Assembly: GCA_002104905.1 (NCBI GenBank)
Contig: MCFE01000459.1
Coordinates: 1 to 64,000 of the forward strand
Origin: Basidiobolus meristosporus CBS 931.73
Lineage: Eukaryota > Fungi > Basidiobolomycota
DNA: 64,000 bases
Direction: 5' to 3'
Part shown: positions 1-11,841 of the stretch, in pieces
Layout: every line of letters starts with the position of its first letter
How positions within the stretch are numbered: the first letter of the stretch is position 1
Notes under the pieces: generated by a model
The model's database searches: none
What the model was told of the DNA's origin: nothing
The model's input: the letters and a program-made list of their open reading frames with translations, nothing else
Translations under genes and position numbers: made by a program

Positions 1-720
1 GACTCATCCAGGCAACAGCTCCAAAGTATCAGACAGAGGGTAAGTGAATACCTTGAGGAATCAGATGGTGAGCTTCAGGAGGAAGAATACAGACCGCGGG
101 CAACATCGTCCAGATTGCGCCAGCACGCCTCGCTGGATTCCCTACCATCTCTTGCAACCACAGCGCGCCGGCGCACGTCAGTCCAGACCACGCCAACACC
201 CTTTACCAGAACGCCCCGCGTCGAGTCAACGCGCGTCGGGTCAACGAGCGCGCTTCAGAGCAAAACTACGAGAACTCGCCAAACTGCTCATTTAGACACA
301 AGTCCATTGGAGCTGACCAAGTCGCGTCAACATGCGGCATCCCATCGAACTCAGCCAAGGGCCATCTCAACACGTCAAGGCGCGCCTGTGCGTGCCGTTT
401 CGCCCAACCATCAGCAAGTTACTTCTGGTGAACTGACTGATGATGACCAACATGAAGTGCCTCAACCACCAGAGCCCTTGGCAAGTAAAAGAACGCGTCA
501 GCGCGTGGCACTACAGGCCGGTTCAGTTAGTTCAGTCGGAGCGATTCAGCGCGGCCAAGCTGCAGCATTGCAGTCATCAACTAGGAGGCAAAATACTGAC
601 TACAAATACACAAGTAGCCAAGATGATAGTCAGCCTGGAAGTAGTATAGGTGTGCAAAGTGAGTCACTACCAAATGCTTCAGTAGTAATCCCTGTGAGAA
701 AAAAACCCAGGAGAAGATGA
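1..720 (+). CDS. PHIS ORF2 accessory protein, C-terminal part (5' end outside window)
   Basis: Frame +1 is open from base 1 (DSSRQQLQSIRQRVSEYLEES...) to TGA at 720. S/T/R/Q-rich, ends in NLS-like PVRKKPRRR. Homologous to 10264-11524(-) and 13556-15894(+). Confidence 0.75.
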   Translation, partial: DSSRQQLQSIRQRVSEYLEESDGELQEEEYRPRATSSRLRQHASLDSLPSLATTARRRTSVQTTPTPFTRTPRVESTRVGSTSALQSKTTRTRQTAHLDTSPLELTKSRQHAASHRTQPRAISTRQGAPVRAVSPNHQQVTSGELTDDDQHEVPQPPEPLASKRTRQRVALQAGSVSSVGAIQRGQAAALQSSTRRQNTDYKYTSSQDDSQPGSSIGVQSESLPNASVVIPVRKKPRRR

Positions 721-1463
721 TGCGATCGCTTTGAATCGCTCACATTCGTAATGATCCCGACAACCCTTTTTTTTTGCGATCCGAATCGAGCCATCGCAAA
801 TCAGTGATCATCAAATTTTTGATATAAGTAATATCAAGGTCGTCTCACATTTGAGACAGAACCCCTATAAATAAACACCCTGCATATATATACGTCATCT
901 GTAATACCAGTGCAGCAATTGGATCTGTTCCGCACCTACACAATCGCTTGCGTGCTAGCTATGACACCTAGCCCAATCACTAGGATCAGGGATTTACTTG
1001 CTCAATGGGCAAAATGGGATATTTGTTGGCGAATCAGGTAGCTTTTTTAGTAGTCAGTGAGCCAATTGGGGGATGCCAGCTTCAGGATACTTTTGGACCA
1101 ATTAACCACTGAGATACCGTCCAATTGGAGTGAGGGTAACCAAAATGGTAAGTATCAGTATAGTTTATAGTGTGATACACATTTATTTCCATTTACATTA
1201 AAGAAACATATCCAAATACCGGATTTTACCTGCCATTATAGCGGTATCCGATTGCGCACGTGATGCAAACATTACGAGTTGGCACGATCATCCGTGCCAA
1301 CCTCATTGTGTCAGATTGTGCCATAGTGTGCGAGATCGTCCCGCATAGTGCAAAATTGTCCAAGAACGATCCTGTCTTCTGGTAGCCATAATATCGCGCC
1401 CGATTGTTCTTTGCGACCGCGGATCGCGCCATGCGCCCTGGCACGGTACGATGGAACAAGTCT
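1..1463 (+). mobile_element. PHIS (Pangu-like) DNA transposon, ORF2-side part; left part lies outside the window
   Basis: Reverse complement of 9521-~10980. Ends GAACAAGTCT at 1463, followed by AAT (1464-1466). This is the most CpG-rich copy of the family. Confidence 0.9.
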
Positions 1464-1466
1464 AAT

Positions 1467-2575
1467 ACAAGAAGGGCCTAGTCAAAGTAAAATAAAGGGC
1501 CCTGCAGTGATAAAGGTACAGATAAAGGGAAAAAAAGCCTATCAAAGCAAGGTACAGCAAAGTGGGAGAAATAAGCTGCAATCCTTGCCACCAACTCAGT
1601 GAAGAGTAATTGTGATGATCCTGCTAAAAGTCCATCATAAAACTTAGCTTGTACAGCTTAGAGGCATTGATACTGTTAGGACACTGTTCAAAGACTGTTA
1701 AAAAAAGTAGTTACCCAGAGGTCTTTCCAATATTCAAGTACAACTTCTTGTGCACTATTCATGAAGAGGTCTGCAACCACTTGGTGTGCCTGTTAATATT
1801 CAAAAGTTTCACTGTAGGCATTGTGATAGACATCTGAGTTTGTCATACTATTGCTTTGTTTGTCAATAGGATCTTCATTCACACTGAAATGGAGGATGTG
1901 GATGTAGTGGTAGCCAAACTACCTTTCACTGCATGCTCATACACCTCACTGGAGTGTAGCTTAACTGCCTGCTCTTCCAACTTGTGTGAAATTAGCTGCA
2001 GTGTTTTTAGTACCTCTTCGTGTCTATCATGGGATTTAGCCTGTACTGGCCAGGGAGCAATAATTGGTGGGAGCTACAGCCTTTTTCTCACATGTACCAC
2101 TCTCTGGCTTAGGTAGACTTTTTTCCCTTTACCTTCAACTTCATCACAACCAAGTCCCTCATTGTAACTCTGAATGAGTGCCTCTTGTTTAATAGGGCTA
2201 TATATATATGTGTGCATGTGGTGCTACAACCATATCCACAATTCTTACGTTTGCAGGTCATCATTGAGTCTTACATTCATGTAGGTGCAATGTCTCAAAT
2301 ACACGGCTGTTGTATATTCACATGAGTATTGACCTAAAAGTGCTATATTGGTATTACATTGCTGAAGGTCAAACTGTTTACCCTATGGACAAGACTACTT
2401 TAACTTAATGCTGTAAGAGAAAAGAAAAAACACCATGTGGCTATGGTAGTATGCCTTTCAGTCATGAGGCATGCAGACAGTATAGAAAGTATTACAAGGA
2501 TCACAGCCAGTGTTTTACCAAACAATTCATATTTGACAATTCATCATTTGATAGTGGGTTAGCTGACACCTTGTC
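1467..2575. mobile_element. Degenerate, internally deleted CMC/EnSpm-like remnant
   Basis: ~1640-2100(-) resembles the C-terminus of CMC ORF2 (KLHSSEV motif, cf. 46391-46657). 2385-2560(+) matches the transposase N-terminus MDKTTL (cf. 44879 and 53577, minus strand). Confidence 0.6.
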
Positions 2576-2579
2576 TATT

Positions 2580-3063
2580 CACTAAGATCAGGGATTTACT
2601 TGCTCAATTGGCAAAATTAGATATTTAATGGTAAATGTGATAGCTTTTGTATTGGTCAATAAGCCAGCTGAGGACTGTCAGCTTCAGGATACTCTTAGAC
2701 CAGTCAACTATTGACATACCATCAAATTGGAGTGATGGTGGCAAATATTGAAAGTATAAGTGGAATTTGTAGTGTAATATGCATTTATTTCCATTTACAG
2801 TAAAGAAAAATATCCTAATACTAGATTTATGTAAAACAATAGTGGCATCCAATTGCGCACATGATATAAGTACTACAAGTAGGCGCAATCATCTGTGCCA
2901 ACCTCATTGTGTCAGCCTGTACCATAGTGTGCAAGATTGTCCCACATGGTGCAAACCGTCTAAGAGCAATCTTGACTACTGGTAGCTGTAATATTACACC
3001 CAATTGCTCTTAAAGATATGGCATTGTGCTGCACACCCTGGAAGAGTACAATGGAACAAGTCT
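2580..3063 (+). mobile_element. PHIS terminal fragment (ORF2-side end)
   Basis: Diverged copy of ~980-1463; ends GGAACAAGTCT, followed by AAT. Confidence 0.75.
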
Positions 3064-3066
3064 AAT

Positions 3067-5350
3067 GGCTTATAACTTGCCAACATCAATTGCCATGTAT
3101 CCCATCATTAGTATACAAATATTATCCTCAGACATTGACTTACTGACTTAATGGATGAGTTATTCTTAAGTCTGTAATCAAATATAAAAATTGGAACTGA
3201 TGTGATCTGATCCATGACAATGCAATCCAAGATGCTTTGTATAAAATCTATGGAAAATTGACATTCACCTTAGTTCTCATATATTGGTCTTACAAGAACA
3301 GCTTGATACCATTATAGTACTGAATAAGTATACAAATCCATCACTGTGGTCCCTATGCCAGGTTTCAGCTCATCTTAAGAGCAACTTAAATAAAATCTAT
3401 CTCCCAGGTCACAAGCACAGTTCAGACCAGCAAAGTCAATCTTGTATACATTGAAGCCCTTCCCAAATGCTTTAGTTAGGCTCAAGTGTCCATGATGAGC
3501 CTTCATGCTGATAATTGGGCACTACTCATTAATCTAGCCAAGCTGGATATCTCAGAGAGTCAACAGTGATCACAAAATCTGAGTAGAATGCTGTGGATTG
3601 AGTTCTTCATCAAGATGTCAGCAGATGTTTGCACAAAGATATAAAACAAGACTAGTATTGAAACTAAGAATCAGCTGAAATTGACTGAGTTGAATAAGAA
3701 AGCTGCATGCAAGCAATTTCATACATATTTTATACATAAAGAACCAGACGCATCCATTGGTGCTTGAACTAGGAACCAAGGAGCTTCAGAAAGACTCCTT
3801 GGCTCAAAGAATCAATGTACTGCTTGATCTATTAATAGAGTAAAGCAGCCTCTGACAGTAATATACACAGGACTCATCCAGGCTACAGTTCAAATGTATC
3901 AGACAGAGGGTAGGTGGGTACTTTCAGGAATCAGAAGGTGAGCTTCACAAGGAGGAATGCAGATCATCAACAACTGCATCAAGATTACTTTAGTATGCTT
4001 TCTGGGATTCCTTACCAAGCTTTGTATGCCAGGATACCAGCATCTTCAGGTTCAATCTACACCAACATCCTTGACCAGAGCACTATGCATCAAGTCAATG
4101 TGGATTTTGCCAACATGTGCAGTACAGCAGAAACTTCCAGAACTTGCCAAACTGTGCAATTATGTCAACAAGTCATATAATGCCTGCACATGTTTTCACT
4201 CCTGACCAACTTTAAGTCAGTTTTGAGAACCAACCAACAACAATAGACTTGTTCTGTTGGATAGTGCCACATTGAGCCATGAGTGCCAAATGATGCCATA
4301 GTGTGCCAGTGAGGCCAAGTGAGTCTATACTTGGCCACAGAGTGTGAAACATAGCTCTACATCTTCATGCAAAGCAGCCCCTATGTTTCACCCATTGTAC
4401 TGGGGAAAATCCACTTTTTGACCTTTTTTTTGAGATCAGTGTTATGCATGATGTGTAAGAGCACAAAAGGATTGAAGACATGTGCTTGTTACTCAATACC
4501 CATGGCACTCTGAATCAAGCCTCTGTGGCTTGTAACATGTCACAAAAATGCATGGCACTATCTTGGTCCGCTGGTACTATCTGGCACTATATTTAAATAT
4601 TAGCCCTAAAGTAAAACCTATATAAAGCACTTATAGTGCCAGATAGTACCAGTGGACCAAGATAGTGCCATGCATTTTTATGACATGTTACAAGCCACAG
4701 GAGCTACATTTAGAGTGCCATGCGTATTGAGTATCAGATGCATGTATTCAGTCTTTCTGTGCTCTCACACATACTGAACAATGTTGATCCAAAAAAAAAG
4801 GTCAAAAAATGAATTTTCTCCAGTGCAATGGGCAAAGCACAGGGGCTGCTTTGCATCAAGATGTAGGGTCATCTTTCACACTCTGTAGCCAAGTTTGGGT
4901 TTACTATGTCTTTCTGGCATGCAATGGCATTATTTGGCACCCATGGCTCAATGTGGCACTATCTAACAGAACAAGTCTAATATACTGGAAGTACCATACT
5001 GCAGGAACCTTAAGCAGGTAAAGATACATGTCAGCATGTGGTACTTCTGGCTAGTTCTATAGCAATATCTTAGCTCAGTGCGGCCAAGCTACAGTATTGA
5101 ATTCATTATTCAGAAGTCATCATAGTTACTGCAAGAACTCAGATAGCCAAGATGATTGTCCACAAGGAAGTGGCTTATATGTGAAATATATTTACTACCA
5201 TATGCCCCAGAAGTAATCCCTGTGCAAAAAAAACTAGAAGTTGATATAATCATCATAAATTACATTTGTTTGCTTGATTCACACAAAAGTAATATGTAGC
5301 AATCCTAACAGTACCATCCAACTGCAATGACTGCTGAATTTTTATGCAAG
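3067..5350 (+). pseudogene. Old PHIS ORF2 copy, interrupted by the MITE
   Basis: Degenerate similarity to the spacer and ORF2 of 13310-15894; resumes after the MITE at 4982. Confidence 0.65.
4245..4978. mobile_element. 734-bp fold-back MITE of the PHIS family
   Basis: Starts AGACTTGTTCTGTTGGATAGTGCCAC and ends GTGGCACTATCTAACAGAACAAGTCT. AAT duplicated at 4242-4244 and 4979-4981. Two ~345-bp imperfect inverted arms around a ~45-bp loop; no ORF. Confidence 0.9.
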
Positions 5351-5712
5351 TAACATAGTTACAGGTTTTGGTGCAAGAGCTGTAGAGGAATAGGGAGTTT
5401 AGCTAGTATTGTATTCACTAAGACTTGAACTGATCTTTATTGAGGTTCCAGCAGCTCCTTAAATACATTTTGCCAGATCAATTGTTGACTAGTTATATTC
5501 TCCAATGTAGGCTGTGGCAGATGACTCATTTGATTGCATCATCATCACCCAAAAAAATCCTACAAAATATGTCTATTTCTGTCTGATAACAATCTGCTGA
5601 TTCATTTGCTGACTAATGCTACTGATTTGATAGATAATACTGATATACTGATAAGCTAAGCATATAACTAATTGATTTGAACAAAACTGATCTAATTTAA
5701 ACATTCAAGCAG

Positions 5713-6781
5713 TGTGGTGGGGCCACAGTGACACCCACTGACAGATGTGCTTGTTCCCATATTTTCTACTTCCCTATATCTCTACTACACTTATTTTAGT
5801 TTTATTCCATTTGTCTTACCTGATCAGTACTATCCCATAAGCTGGTTGACTATTACACCTGCTTACCTTATTCCATAAGTTATCCCTCACTCTATGTAAG
5901 ATTACTAGCTATAAGTGCTTCTATATTAAGCAAGTACCTGTGCCAGTGCCCATGACACATGATCAACCTGTCTCACCATCCCTACCATTTTCATACCATA
6001 TATGGTATCCCTATGTTACATAGGCTTCATGGTTCTGATTCCTGATTGGTTGGATGCACTGTACCTCTTAGAACCTTACAGCACCTACTTAGAACACTCT
6101 TAGCTCATTCTGATGTCATTAAGATTTCTATTGATCTCCAGAACCTTCTGGAACACCATGTTTAGTAATAACTTAGCCAGTGAGAAAAGTATATAAAGGA
6201 GGCTATCACTCATCAATAAATCATTATCCCTTTGATCAATATACCAACTTGTGGATTAGTGTGATCACTGCTACCCGCTGCTACCTGAACTTCCAACCCC
6301 AGATCACAGGACACTCCCAGGAAACCATGCTGACAGCCAACTGACCTTGGAGGCACTGCTTGTGAGGAATACTCAGAGTAGGTATCTCTTATTATATTTG
6401 ATTCTTTACCAATTTGTTCTTGTACAGGCAAAGGTACTTTTATGTCTTTGTTACTTTTGACCACAGCTGCATTCTTATCAAGTCCCTGCTGGTGGAGTTT
6501 ACAATTGTTTTGACTTTGGAAGTTTTAGTACATTGTTATCTCAAAGGACACTGAACCCAGCATATACTTTTGTTAAAATGCCAACTAAGATGGGGATTGT
6601 AGCTCAATAGTTTTCCCTTGACAGGCTTGTGGCTTCATTCCCCATCATATTAGATTAGAGACAGAACCCAAGTATTCCTAGCAAGCTTTTGCCTGAGGTT
6701 ATTGCACCCAGTGAACACCCCACGCAAAAAACCTTGAGAAGTGCTGAACGTATCTCTCCCTTGGACTTATACACCACCACA
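5713..6781. mobile_element. LTR-B, probable solo LTR (1069 bp), copy 1
   Basis: TGTGGTGG...CACCACCACA termini. Flanks GCAG/GCAA at a host site reading GCGG in intact Gypsy-A LTRs. TATA-like (~6188) and AATAAA (~6215) motifs. Confidence 0.8.
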
Positions 6782-6809
6782 GCAAAAGATCATAACATTC
6801 TACACTACT

Positions 6810-8721
6810 AATGTTGAGAGGGCTCTCCTGAATATCTTTTCTTGTGATACTAATATCTTGATGGTTTGGTATTATCAGCAAGTCTTGCAATCTTGAGTCT
6901 GTCCCTATGCACTAAGTCTTCCCATATATTGCCTTGTTTGTCCACTGGTTGGTAAGTTGCAAGTGGACATTCTCTGATGATCTTGAATGGTCCTGGCCAT
7001 TGTGGCTCAAACTCCATGTCTTCAAGCAGTGTATTATATTAAGCATCTCCATCTCATGTACTGCATAGTTTGCTCTGCTGAGTTCAGTTTCTTGGATTCA
7101 AAGGAATTGGGTTAGTCCTGTCCCTTGTGATCTTGGCTCCACACTCCACCAATTGCATAATCTGAAGCATCTGTGTGCAGAGTAAACTTTTTTCTGGAGC
7201 CAGGTATTCTTAAGCTTGGCAGCTTAGCAAGCTCATTCTTGAGTGTCTGAAAGGTTGTCTCACAGGCTACGTCCCACTTGTAGGTATTGTCTTTCTTGTG
7301 GATATCAGTTAAAGGGGCTGCAATACTTGCAAAGGACTTGACAAATCTCCAATAATAGGAAACCATTCCAAGGAATGATCTGAGCACTGATATGGTATGG
7401 GGCTGCTTCAGATTCTTGACAACTTCAACCTTATTAAGGTCTAAGATTACTCCTGTATTAGTAACTATGTGTCCAAGATATTCAACATGTTCCTTGAATA
7501 ATTCACACATGTGTAGCTTGCCATAAAGCTTATTCTCTCTTAGCTTCTTTAAGATCTTTTTAATGTGCACCAAGTGACCCTCTTCTGTCTTGCTCTATAT
7601 CAATATATCATCTAGGTAAATTATCACAAACTTGTCTAAGTACTCCTGGGAGACAGTCTGCATCAGGGTCATGAATGTTACAGGGGCATTGGTGAGGCCA
7701 AAACTCATGAACAAGTACCTATAATGTCCATATCTGGTCCTGAATGCTGTCTTAGTGATGTCTTCTGGCTTCACCCTAATCTGGTTGTATCCTGACATGA
7801 GGTCAATCTTGCTGAAAATAGTGGTTCCATTTAGTTTGTCCAAAAGCTCATCAATCTAAGGTATGGATTACTTAATCTTCACATTAACTAAGTTGAGGGC
7901 TCTGTAGTCTGCAAACATCCTAAGTATTCCATCCTTCTTCTTCACAAAGAGTACTGGTGCTCCCCAAGGTGACTTGCTGGGTCTGATATATCCTTGCTCC
8001 AGTAACTGATCTATTTGTCTCTTTATCTCTTCCAACTCCAGTTGACTCATTCTGTAAGGTGTCTTACTCACTTGAGGGTTATCTCCTGTTTCAATGGTAT
8101 GATCCATGTCTCTGACTGGTGGTAGGCTTACAAGCTAATCTGGAAATACATCTGAATACTCCATCAAAAGAGTCTGGACCTTGTTGGGTACTGGAGTAGA
8201 AGAATCCTCCTGAATTACTGCCATGAGGAACATCTAGGTGCCTTTTCTTAGTGCTCTAGAGAACTGTGTCTTGCTAAGGTCACTTGTTTCACACACACTG
8301 GTATGGACCAAGTTAAAATCCAGTCTGGCAAATAATAGCTCATAGGTCTTGTTGCCCTCCTGGATCTGAGTAGCATGGGTTCTCCAGTTGATTGATGGAT
8401 TACAACAAAATAGTCAGGTTTTCCCAAGTACAAGGTCAAGCTTGCAGTTCCCAAATGTATGGGCCCGTAGATCTTCTTCATAGTCATTAATCTTCATCCT
8501 TACTGGCTGAGTAATATGGTTGATTATGTGAGAGTTCCCATCAGCTGTTGAGACTAAAGCTGATTTGGTGGGTTCTGAGTTGATTCTAGCTTTTGAAGCA
8601 AATGGTTGTGACATGTAGTCATGCAATGCTCATGAGTCAATCATGATCTTGACAGGTACTCCAATGATTACTCCAATCAAGTATGATAGCTTTCCTGAGT
8701 TTGAGGTCATCTGGGATAGGT
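6810..8721 (-). pseudogene. pol: Gypsy-A pol remnant (PR, RT, partial RNase H, IN C-terminus)
   Basis: ORF fragments contain [14 protein letters not shown] and [10 protein letters not shown] ~1.3-kb deletion at ~7013 joins RNase H CLKTW to the IN C-terminus (corresponds to 23843-25127 of the intact copy). Confidence 0.85.
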
Positions 8722-10263
8722 ATTAGACTTGTACTCTTGGTTAGTGCCACATAGTGCCAGCCTATTTATAGTGCTGGATTGATCTTGCACTATCTGGCAT
8801 TATAATTTCTACCATCATGCCAGTGGTAGGTTGTAGTTACTGGTAATTTTACTCAATCTTACTTATGTTGCTCAGAGTAGTGCTTTCCTTGTTTTATTTA
8901 CTCTTCATAGTGCTCCAGACACATTTCTCTCAGAGGATGTCTTCTTGTATATGTATACTGTGCATTGATAAGTATCTTTACTATTTTACCTATTCTGCTG
9001 TTTTCACCTATATATGACTCTCCTCAGTATTTACCTGCCAATATGCTGAATCTCTTCAGATATCCAAATTTATGCTCTACCCTCACTCTGAAATGATTAA
9101 ATATCTCATTGCAGAGCTTCTGCTTCCTGCTACGCACACCATTCCTTGGCTTCCTATAAGCTGTAATACATCCTAATCTCTGACAATCCTCTCCTATATA
9201 GGCTAAGTCTGCCATACATTTCTCCCCTCTACTGAATTCTGGATGATTTTCTACCCAGAGTGCTTTGTCATGCCTGCTTCCAGCAAATGGCCCACTAAAC
9301 CAGATGATGTTACCCTCAATGTCGGACAGTGCTTGAAACTTCACACAGTGTGCATTGTACTTGCCAAAATAAAAGTGCCTCTGCCCTCTAGAAGGCCTGT
9401 TAATCCTGACTGGAAAGGTATCCAAAAGTTCCCTGTATGGAACCTGTTTCTGAACACTCCGGGATATGCAATTCTATTGGAACTTCTGAGCCTAGTATTC
9501 CAAGCCTGCTCTAAGTCATTAGACTTGTTCCATTGTACCATGCCAGGGTGTGTGGTGCAATCCGCGGTTGCAAAGAACAATCAGGTGCAATATTATAGCT
9601 ACCAGAAGGCAGGATTGTTCTTGGACAATTTTGCACTATGCGGGACAAACTCGCACACAATGGCACAATCTGACACAATGAGGTTGGCACGGATGATTGC
9701 GCCAACTTGTAATGTTTGCGTCATGTGCGCAATTGGATACCGCTATAATGGCAGGTAAAATCCGGTATTTGGATATGTTTCTTTAATGTAAATGGAAATA
9801 AATGTGTATCACACTATAAACTACACTGATACTTACCATTTTGGTTACCCTCACTCCAATTGGACGGTATCTCAGTGGTTAATTGGTCCAAAAGTATCCT
9901 GAAGCTGGCAGCCCCCAATTGGCTCATTGACTACTGAAAAAGCTACCTGATTTGCCATCAAATATCCCATTTTGCCGATTGAGCAAGTAAATCCCTGATC
10001 CTAGTGATTGGACAAGGTGTCATAGCTGGCACGCAAGCAATCGTGTAGGTGCAAAACAGATCCAATAGCTGCACTAGTATTACAGATGACATATATATAT
10101 GCAGGGTGTTTATTTATAGGGGTTCTGTCTCAAATGTGAGACAACCTTGATATTACTTATATCAAAAATTTGATGATCACTGATTTGCAATGGCTTGGTT
10201 TGGCTTGCAAAAAAAAAGGGTTGTCGGGATCATTACAAATGTGAGCAATTCAAAGCAATCGCA

Positions 10264-11524
10264 TCATCTTCTCCTGGGTTTTTTTCTCACAGGGATTACT
10301 ACTGAAGCATTTGGTAGTGACTCACTTTGCACATCTATACTACTTCCTGGCTGACTATCATCTTGGCTACTTGTGTATTTGTAGTCAGTATTTTGCCTCC
10401 TAGTTGATGAGTGCAATGCTGCAGCTTGGCCACGCTGAATTGCTCCAACTGAACCAACTGAACCGGCCTGTAGTGCCACGCGCTGACGCGTTCTTTTACT
10501 TGCCAAGGGCTCTGATGGTTGAGGCACTTCATGTTGGTCATCATCAGTCAGTTCACCAGAAGTAACTTGCTGATGGTCAGGCAAAACGGCACGCGCAGGC
10601 ACGCCTTGACACGTTGAGATGGCCCTTGGCTAAGTTTGATGTGATGCCACATGTTGACGTGACTCGGTCCACTCCAATGGACTTGTGTCTAAATGAGCAG
10701 TTTGGCGAGTTCTTGTAGTTTTGCTCTGAAGCGCATGCATTGACCCAACACGCGTGGACTCAAAGCGCGTTGACTCAACGCAGGGTGTTCTGGTAAAGGG
10801 TGTTGGCGTGGTCAGTACTGACATGCGCCGGCACGCTGTGGTTGCAAGAGATGGTAGGGAATCCAGCAAGGCATGCTGGCACAATCTGGACAATGTTGCT
10901 TGCGGTCTGTATTCTTCCTCCTGAAGCTCACCATCTGATTCCTCAAGGTATTCACTTACCCTCTCTGATACTTTGGAGCTGTTGCCTGGATGAGTCCTGT
11001 GTATATTGCTCTCGGAAGCCACTTAGCTCTACTAATATATCACGTAGTACATTAGTCATTTGATGCAAAAACTCATTCAAAATCTCTTTGGTTCCCAAAG
11101 TTGAGGCACAAACAGACGCGTCCAGCCCGTACTGTGCAAATTGCGCGCAAAATTGTTCCCGCGCGGCTTCTTTGTCAAATCCCCTCACTCTCAGCTCATT
11201 CTTGATTTCAATACTTGTCTTGTTATATATCTTTTTACATACATTGGCTGGCATCTTGATGTAGAACTCATGCCACAGCTTTCTACTCAAATTCTTCCAT
11301 CTTTGTTGACTCTCTGAGGTATCTAGTTCTGCTAGATTAATCAGTAGTGCCCAAATATCTGTATGAAGGCTCATCATAGACACATGCGCCATACTAAAAT
11401 CATTTGGCAAGAACTCAAACGGATCCAACATTGACTTTTCCGGTCTGGACCGCGCTTGTGAGCTGGGGGATGGGTTTTGTCTGGGTTGTACTAAAGATGA
11501 GTTGAGGCTTGGTATGGGGACCAT
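10264..11524 (-). pseudogene. Inner PHIS ORF2 (~420 aa reconstructed), possible Myb/SANT-like segment
   Basis: Three overlapping ORF pieces. A 2-bp deletion at ~10953 and a CAG->TAG stop at 10630 relative to the 1-720 copy. QQRWKNLSRKLW motif; C-terminal KKPRRR. Confidence 0.75.
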
Positions 11525-11841
11525 AGCAACGGATTTGGATACTTATACAGCAGTATATTGGCATCAACCTGGTCTTATATGAAATATATACAAAAACTAA
11601 AGTGATTGTTGAATTTTTCATATATTATGCATGATGCATCTCATATCGCGTTGACATTGATCAGATCACATCAATCGCAGATTTCCTATTTGATTATAGA
11701 CCTATGACTAAAGCATCAATAAAAGTACCAAGGCACTGTTTGCGGATGATTTTTGCGACATAATGATGGGATACATGGCAATTGATGGAGATTTAACCAT
11801 AATGTGTTAAAAATCAGATAAATAATGCAGATCACGCCGAA

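Noticed and set aside
40-45. GTAAGT splice-donor-like motif in PHIS ORF2
   Set aside because: The frame reads straight through (RQRVSEYLEES) in two copies. The frame change in the inner copy is explained by a 2-bp deletion.
1226-1459. 77-aa ORF in the PHIS subterminal region (also in 9243-9758 and 9511-9705)
   Set aside because: No recognisable motif; it overlaps subterminal repeats, and its recurrence only reflects DNA identity between copies. The 171-aa version is a chimera across the insertion junction.
6213-6464. Minus-strand ORF in LTR-B (also 63092-63412)
   Set aside because: Start and frame differ between copies, no equivalent ORF is listed in copy 2, and it has no domain motif.
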